From assembly GCA_047284725.1 (NCBI GenBank), contig JBJBEO010000001.1:1720203-1784202 (forward strand): 64,000 bases of DNA. Direction: 5' to 3'. The translations under genes and the position numbers were made by a program. The stretch is from Synechococcus sp. (GTDB lineage: Bacteria > Cyanobacteriota > Cyanobacteriia > PCC-6307 > Cyanobiaceae). Under the pieces are notes generated by a model. That model searched no databases. It was not told where the DNA came from and saw only the letters and a list, made by a program, of their open reading frames with translations. This document shows positions 58,603-64,000 of this stretch, in pieces. Numbering within the stretch: the stretch's first letter is position 1; every line of letters begins with the position of its first letter.

Positions 58603-59448
58603 ATGGCCAAGGACTGGATCGGCTCCGCAGCGCTATCGCTCACACTGGCCCTGATTCCCGGCATCCCCGTTGGTGCACAGCCCACCCCCCCATGCGACGC
58701 CGGCCCTGGGTCGCCCGCCGACGTGCCCGAGGTGAGGCCGGGTCTCCTCAAGGGCTATCTCGCGAAGGAGACCATGGCCGATGCCCTGGCGCTTGTGGGA
58801 GAGCCACCGGCACCGGGCAGTGCTGCAGAAGCCCTGGATCAAGCCACGGCCAAAGCCAGCTTTCCCCTGCGAAACACGGCCCGCTGGACCCTGGCGGCGA
58901 AGGATGCCGACCTGCACTTTCCCGGTGTCGCCATGCAGTTCTCCTGCGCCCTTGGCGTCCCGATCAGCCCAATGGAGACACCCAGGCTGCTCATGCTGAT
59001 GCGCCGCAGCCTTACGGACCTGGGGCTCTCCACCTACCCCGCCAAAAACCTCTACGAACGTCGTCGGCCCTACCTGGTGAATAGCCAACCCATCTGCACG
59101 CCAGACGATGAACCCGCCTTGCGCGGGGATGGCTCCTACCCGTCAGGCCACACAGCGGTGGGTTGGGGTTGGGGGTTGATCCTCAGCACGATCGCGCCTG
59201 AACGCAGCGACGCACTGATCGCGAGGGGACGGGCCTACGGCGAGAGCCGCAATGTCTGCAATGTGCATTGGCTCTCGGATGTGCAAGCCGGTGCGTTGAT
59301 GGGCACCGCCACCACGGCCCGTCTGCACGCCGATCCAGTCTTCCAGGCGGATCTGCGGGCTGCACGCCAGGAAGTGCAGGCCCTCAGAGTCCAACAGGCC
59401 CAACCGAACGGCGACTGCGCCCTCGAGCGGGAGGCCCTGACGCGCTAG
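58603..59448 (+). CDS. Class A nonspecific acid phosphatase (PAP2)
   Basis: K..YERRRP, SYPSGH, SRNVCNVHWLSDV; signal peptide. Confidence 0.92.
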   Translation: MAKDWIGSAALSLTLALIPGIPVGAQPTPPCDAGPGSPADVPEVRPGLLKGYLAKETMADALALVGEPPAPGSAAEALDQATAKASFPLRNTARWTLAAKDADLHFPGVAMQFSCALGVPISPMETPRLLMLMRRSLTDLGLSTYPAKNLYERRRPYLVNSQPICTPDDEPALRGDGSYPSGHTAVGWGWGLILSTIAPERSDALIARGRAYGESRNVCNVHWLSDVQAGALMGTATTARLHADPVFQADLRAARQEVQALRVQQAQPNGDCALEREALTR

Positions 59449-59649
59449 CCGCCAGGCGTCAGCCACAACCAAGGGCTTGATTGCAACGGATCGAGCCTGG
59501 ATTCAGGCCCAACACCATCGGTCCCTGACGATCAAGATTGCTTTTTATTGAACGAGCATTGAGAAACTTTTCGCGACGAAAATTCGGCACAAAGAAGTGT
59601 GTCGTGAGTTTTTGTTTACTGAAGACATTTCACAGATCTCGCCGACTGC

Positions 59650-60165
59650 ATGGAAAGTGGCGTCCTCTCCATGCAGACCGTGATGACATCTGAGTCACCG
59701 AATGATGCAGGCAGTGGCTTGCCCTTCAAGGAACCCGTTCAGGCAGCCAGTGATGCGGCAGATCCCATCCCAATGCCATCGGAGCCTGGTCAAATCAGCC
59801 GTCAGGCCGACGGCGATGAGAGTGAGGAGCCCGCTGAAGCGAGTCTCCAACAATTACTGAACTACCTCAGACAGGGGCTTGAGTCCCTGAAGGGGCTCAA
59901 TCTGCAGGGGTTTCAGCAGATCTATCCAGCCGTTCTGTCGATCTTTGGCGCCGTGATCGCCGCATTGATGTTGGTGATCGTGGCCAATCTTCTGCAGTCC
60001 ATCCATCAGCTGCCGCTGATTGGCGGCGTGCTGAGCGGGATCTTTGAGCTGTGCGGCGTCGTGGCCTTGACCCGCTTCACAGTCTCCAACCTCTTGCTGC
60101 AGCAGAAAAGGGCCGACTTGTTCGTGCGGATTGCCCAGCTCAAAAAAGAGCTGATTGGTGAGTAG
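59650..60165 (+). CDS. CAAD/CURT1-like domain protein
   Basis: IHQLPLIGGVLSGIFELCG...LL.Q.R..L. Confidence 0.75.
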   Translation: MESGVLSMQTVMTSESPNDAGSGLPFKEPVQAASDAADPIPMPSEPGQISRQADGDESEEPAEASLQQLLNYLRQGLESLKGLNLQGFQQIYPAVLSIFGAVIAALMLVIVANLLQSIHQLPLIGGVLSGIFELCGVVALTRFTVSNLLLQQKRADLFVRIAQLKKELIGE

Positions 60166-60210
60166 ATGCCGCGCCATCCCTCATCACAACGATGCGTCAG
60201 GAGCGTCTGA

Positions 60211-61836
60211 TCAGGCCAGCCAGGGCCAGCGGATCCCGACCGCATCCAACCGATCCATCACCACTCTGTTGAGGGCACGGCCCAGCACCACCTGGGGTTC
60301 ATCGGTACGAATGGGGCGCACGGGATGGGGACGACCTGGCGCCGCACCACTGCCGCGCACCAGACCACGTTGCAACAACGCATTGGCTGCCTCCAGACCG
60401 CACACGTAGGCCCTCTCCTGGCAGAGGCCCTTGGCACCGAACTCCTGCTCACCCATCCGCACCCAATCACCGGCACACACCAGCGTTGGCAACGACGTCT
60501 GCAGCGGGGGCCGTTGCTGAAAGCTTCCCGGTGAAAACAACGACACCGAGCCCGGATAACGCCGCACCTCCTGATCCACCAGCTGGGCGGCGCGGAAGGC
60601 CGGTTGCACCATCGGCAACAGCTCCTGCATCAGGCAGTCGACGATGGCCTGATCACTCAGCTGCCGGATCGCCGTGGCGTTGTAGAAATCGCTGGCCACC
60701 ACGGAGCCCTGCACCGGAGCGCCACCCCAGAGCTCACTCTGGTGGTCGCGTTGCAGCTGATCCAGCATGAAAAAGGTGGCCCCGGATCCCTGCAGGGCCT
60801 GGAAGCGTGAGAACACATTGGCGGGATCAGCCACCGGCACCGTGCGATCCAGCCACAACCGCACCGACACCACATCGATGGCTCCGAGGCGACCGGCACG
60901 CACCAGCTCCGGAGTGCGGGCCGCGCACCCCGGTGAGTTGCCCATCAGGGCCCCCATCCCCCTGGCACCCACCGCCAGCACCACGGCATCCACATCCCTG
61001 ATCTCAGCGCTCTGACCCGTAGCCACCGAACGGGTCTCCACCGACGAGACGCGCGTGCCGTCAGCGGAGAGGATCAGACGCGATGCCAGCGTTCCCCCCA
61101 GCACCTCCAGCTGATGCTGAGCGCAAAGGCGTTGGCTCAGCGGCGCCAACAGCTGTTCAGCAACGCTCTTGCTTTTGATCCAGCGCACATCAAAGGAATC
61201 CTGATGGGCCAGGGCGTAGTAGTACAGCAACTCCATCGTCACCGCAGCCGACAGCTCTTCCGGTGGTTTGAACAGTCCCACCAACAGGGTCGGCCGCAGG
61301 AACTCATTGATCATGCGATCGCTGATCCGCAGCTGCTTGAACAGCGTCAGGGCATCGATCCGGTCGTACTGCTCGTACACCGCCTGGTTGCGATGCAGAT
61401 CGAGCATGGCGACCAGCAGACCGGCGATGCTCAGGCGATCGGCAACCGGCAGTCGCTTGAAGTGGTTGATCGTGGCGAAGGCCTGACCCAGCGGACTGGG
61501 CAGCTGGGGGCCGTCAGCGAACACCGGTGCCGTGGCTTCCAGCCCCTGTGGAGACCAGAAGGCACTGGTGGTGAACTCGGTGAACACATCGCTGAGGCCG
61601 AGCTCATCGGTGAGCGCATTGATGTTGGGATAGTCCTTCCAGAAGCCTCGGGTACCGGCTTCAAAGGGCTTGCCGCTGGCGGTGGTGAGCGGCGTGCCAC
61701 CGGTCGGATCCGCCATCCCATCCAGGAGGGTGACGCGCACACCGGCTTCGCAGAGGGCCTTGGCCGCTCCCCAGCCAGCCCAACCGGCACCGATCACCAC
61801 CACATGGGAAGGATTGGAGGCGTCAGTCATGGCCAT
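60211..61836 (-). CDS. FAD-dependent oxidoreductase (amine oxidase/carotene desaturase-like)
   Basis: GAGWAG; AGDW; ERAYVCG. Confidence 0.9.
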   Translation of the reverse strand: MAMTDASNPSHVVVIGAGWAGWGAAKALCEAGVRVTLLDGMADPTGGTPLTTASGKPFEAGTRGFWKDYPNINALTDELGLSDVFTEFTTSAFWSPQGLEATAPVFADGPQLPSPLGQAFATINHFKRLPVADRLSIAGLLVAMLDLHRNQAVYEQYDRIDALTLFKQLRISDRMINEFLRPTLLVGLFKPPEELSAAVTMELLYYYALAHQDSFDVRWIKSKSVAEQLLAPLSQRLCAQHQLEVLGGTLASRLILSADGTRVSSVETRSVATGQSAEIRDVDAVVLAVGARGMGALMGNSPGCAARTPELVRAGRLGAIDVVSVRLWLDRTVPVADPANVFSRFQALQGSGATFFMLDQLQRDHQSELWGGAPVQGSVVASDFYNATAIRQLSDQAIVDCLMQELLPMVQPAFRAAQLVDQEVRRYPGSVSLFSPGSFQQRPPLQTSLPTLVCAGDWVRMGEQEFGAKGLCQERAYVCGLEAANALLQRGLVRGSGAAPGRPHPVRPIRTDEPQVVLGRALNRVVMDRLDAVGIRWPWLA

Positions 61837-62000
61837 CACTCCAGGGAAAATTCACGGCGCAACGCCCGGGCATCCTGAATGCGTTGCGCGACAGCCAGCT
61901 GGCGCAGGCGTTGGGTCAACCAGATCCGCAGCCGGGTGGTGGCCACCGATTGGTGCAACAGCGAGTCGCTGGGCTGGGGCTCGCCGAAGGGAATCGTCAT
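61836..62000 (-). CDS. Small hypothetical protein
   Basis: RLRIWLTQRLRQLA...DARALRREF; stop overlaps the next start. Confidence 0.6.
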   Translation of the reverse strand: MTIPFGEPQPSDSLLHQSVATTRLRIWLTQRLRQLAVAQRIQDARALRREFSLE

Positions 62001-62134
62001 CGGCAGCAGGCGGCAGTTGAGGGTAGGAACAACGCCATCGGCACCGCTGGAGTTCAGTCCGCAGGGGAATGGTGCACGCCGCAGTGGCCAGGCCCCTGCC
62101 GCCACGATGCCTTCACACGAAGAACGATCGCGCC

Positions 62135-62752
62135 ATGCACGACCCACGTTCCACCCTGCTGGAACACAACAGCGGCGACTGGTCGGGCTGCTTCATCCGC
62201 CTGAATGCGGGCGGCCTGGAGCAGGAACGGTTTCCCACGCTGCTCAAGGTGGAGGACGTTGATGGCGTGATTCAGACCTGCCTCACCTATGAGAACAGCG
62301 GCGAGACACGCACCATGAACCTCGCGAGCTTGCCCTTCACGATGCAGGTGAATGCCCAGGGTGGCTGGTCGCTGGGTCCCAGCTCGATCACCCCATGGAC
62401 CTGGGTGGGCGAACTCTGCGTGGTGCGGGGGCTTCAACGCCGCCGAGTGATCGTGCGCCATGGCATCCGAGGCCTCGACGGTGTGGTGTACGTGCAGGAA
62501 CGCCGTGGCGAGCATCCCGAGGAGGTGCCCCTGCCCAGGCCCTTGCAATGCGCAAGCCACCCCAGCAACGACCTCACGATCTGGACTCCCGAACCAGGCG
62601 TGGAGCTGCTGCTCGACACGCGCGTGCGGCAGAGCGGCGATGCCACCGCCTGCGGCCTGCGTTGGCACCACCCGGGCGGGGAGACCCACCAGATCGTGAG
62701 GCGGTACGACGCCCAAGGCCAGATGCAACCTCTCTCAGAGGCCTGGCCCTGA
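62135..62752 (+). CDS. DUF3598 family protein
   Basis: HNSGDWSGCFIRL...VRRYDAQG. Confidence 0.75.
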   Translation: MHDPRSTLLEHNSGDWSGCFIRLNAGGLEQERFPTLLKVEDVDGVIQTCLTYENSGETRTMNLASLPFTMQVNAQGGWSLGPSSITPWTWVGELCVVRGLQRRRVIVRHGIRGLDGVVYVQERRGEHPEEVPLPRPLQCASHPSNDLTIWTPEPGVELLLDTRVRQSGDATACGLRWHHPGGETHQIVRRYDAQGQMQPLSEAWP

Positions 62753-62872
62753 AGCGGCAACAACCTTCAGGCCTCATCACGCGACCGAACCTTGCACGGC
62801 GGCAAGCCGCATCTATCTCTGCAGCGACGATCGCCCTAAACCTGGTTCAGGGCCCATGGGACGGGGCACTCA

Positions 62873-62907
62873 CTCCTGAGGGCTTTGGCGCTCAGGAGTT
62901 TTTTTTG
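62873..62907 (+). terminator. Intrinsic terminator
   Basis: CTCCTGAG...CTCAGGAG followed by a long T run. Confidence 0.8.
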
Positions 62908-62920
62908 CAGCGGCGGCGGC

Positions 62921-63187
62921 TCAGTTGGCCTTCTGGAAACCAGGGCCTGGCTTCACGGGCGTGCCGCCATTGCAGAAGTTGGAGGCAAACACCTCCTGGT
63001 CCTGCACCGTCCAGTCGGGTTTGTTGGCCTGATACCAGGCGATGCTGTCGGCGTAACAGGTGTTCCACCGGGTCGCCTGCTCGGCGATCGGCCGCAGCGA
63101 AACAGCAATCGACACGGAGCTCACCGTGGCCACCAGGCCCAGCAACGGGAATAGGTGAGCGTTGAGCATCTCGCGGGCCTTCGACAT
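62921..63187 (-). CDS. Conserved small membrane-anchored protein with two Cys
   Basis: HLFPLLGLVAT...RWNTC...FCNGG. Confidence 0.8.
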   Translation of the reverse strand: MSKAREMLNAHLFPLLGLVATVSSVSIAVSLRPIAEQATRWNTCYADSIAWYQANKPDWTVQDQEVFASNFCNGGTPVKPGPGFQKAN

Positions 63188-63233
63188 CACGTCCTGAGCG
63201 TCTGCCTGCCTGTCCTAGCCGTCCCGCATCGGA

Positions 63234-63677
63234 CACGCCGTTCAAACTTTCGGTGGGTTGGCCCGCAAAGGCAATGCGCCTTTACACGGATAGGCAACCC
63301 CGCCCAGCCAGCGCAAAGTAGGTGCATCGAGATCGGAGGCGCTGATGACAGCCGACACTCCACCTGAGCAAACCTAAGAAGCAGACTGACTTCTGGCCCC
63401 TGCTCCAACAGTTTCCACTCATCCGTAGAGCTGGTCCTTTCGCAGGCACTGATCCGGTGCGCCACGCGAATCGACACTCCACTGCACCGCCCAACGCTGC
63501 TCATGCAGACAAGGTGCCCCGGAGCTTCATCAGCACTACACCTGGACGTCATGGCCCCAGGGTTGCCAACGCCAGAACGCTTCGCCCCTTTCCTTCTTTC
63601 CCAAGACGTGACGGGGTTGAACCATGCGCGAACGAGCGAGCTAGGCCGTCTTCCCACCCGGGAAGGCGGCCTTCCTC
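63234..63677 (-). ncRNA. Putative large structured ncRNA, copy 3 (strand inferred)
   Basis: Inverted, near-identical copy of 10240-10683. Confidence 0.65.
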
Positions 63678-63736
63678 GTGACGTCAGCGATGGTCTGAGC
63701 CATCGTTGAGGCAAGACCCTGTTGGCACCCGACGTC

Positions 63737-64000
63737 ATGAGCCTCTGGACGCAGCTGCGCAGCGAATTCATCGACGTCATCGAATGGGATGAAGATGGAA
63801 GTGACACCCTGGTGTGGCGATTCCCCCGCCAGGACAACGCCATCAAGACCGGCGCACAGTTGATCGTTCGGGAAGGGCAGCATGCGGTGTTCGTGAGCGA
63901 AGGACAGGTGGTCGACCACTTCGGCCCTGGTCGCCATCAACTCACCACCCGCAATCTGCCGCTGCTGACCACACTGCTGTCCCTGCCCACCGCGTTTGAA
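63737..64000 (+). CDS. SPFH/band-7-like (YdjI-type) protein, truncated by window end
   Basis: MSLWTQLRSEFIDVIEW...LVWRFP...GAQLIVREGQHAVFV..G...T.NLPLLT. Confidence 0.85.
   Translation, partial: MSLWTQLRSEFIDVIEWDEDGSDTLVWRFPRQDNAIKTGAQLIVREGQHAVFVSEGQVVDHFGPGRHQLTTRNLPLLTTLLSLPTAFE

Overview
Picocyanobacterial DNA (Synechococcus/Cyanobium-like), GC-rich and compositionally mosaic. No rRNA, tRNA, CRISPR array, transposase or integrase was recognised. Layout: (i) 1-18.5 kb holds many small accessory genes, including three Nif11-like proteins, an NtcA box plus glutamine-II-riboswitch-like leader on a DUF4278 gene, a 7-gene Mrp antiporter operon, a Yfr2-like sRNA and a CP12-like gene. (ii) ~19-42.7 kb is a defence island: type I RM (hsdRMS) between two Mrr-family nucleases, two VapBC pairs, an HD hydrolase, a TM-WYL-like-DEDDh-BRCT protein, a CBS-HEPN protein, DUF429 and several decayed nuclease/TA genes. 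(iii) 43-64 kb holds metabolic accessory genes. Three things stand out. First, a ~445-nt apparently non-coding element occurs three times: a diverged copy at ~30-458 and two copies differing by one visible base, in inverted orientation, at 10240-10683 and 63234-63677. A compensatory base-pair change and a hairpin-sized indel point to a large structured RNA. Second, a complete AT-rich integron-type cassette (GTTAGAT...KAP NTPase...attC) sits alone in the island with no integrase in the window. Third, two divergent copies of an uncharacterised two-gene module bracket the defence core in inverted orientation. All family assignments come from motif recognition by eye; no database search was run.
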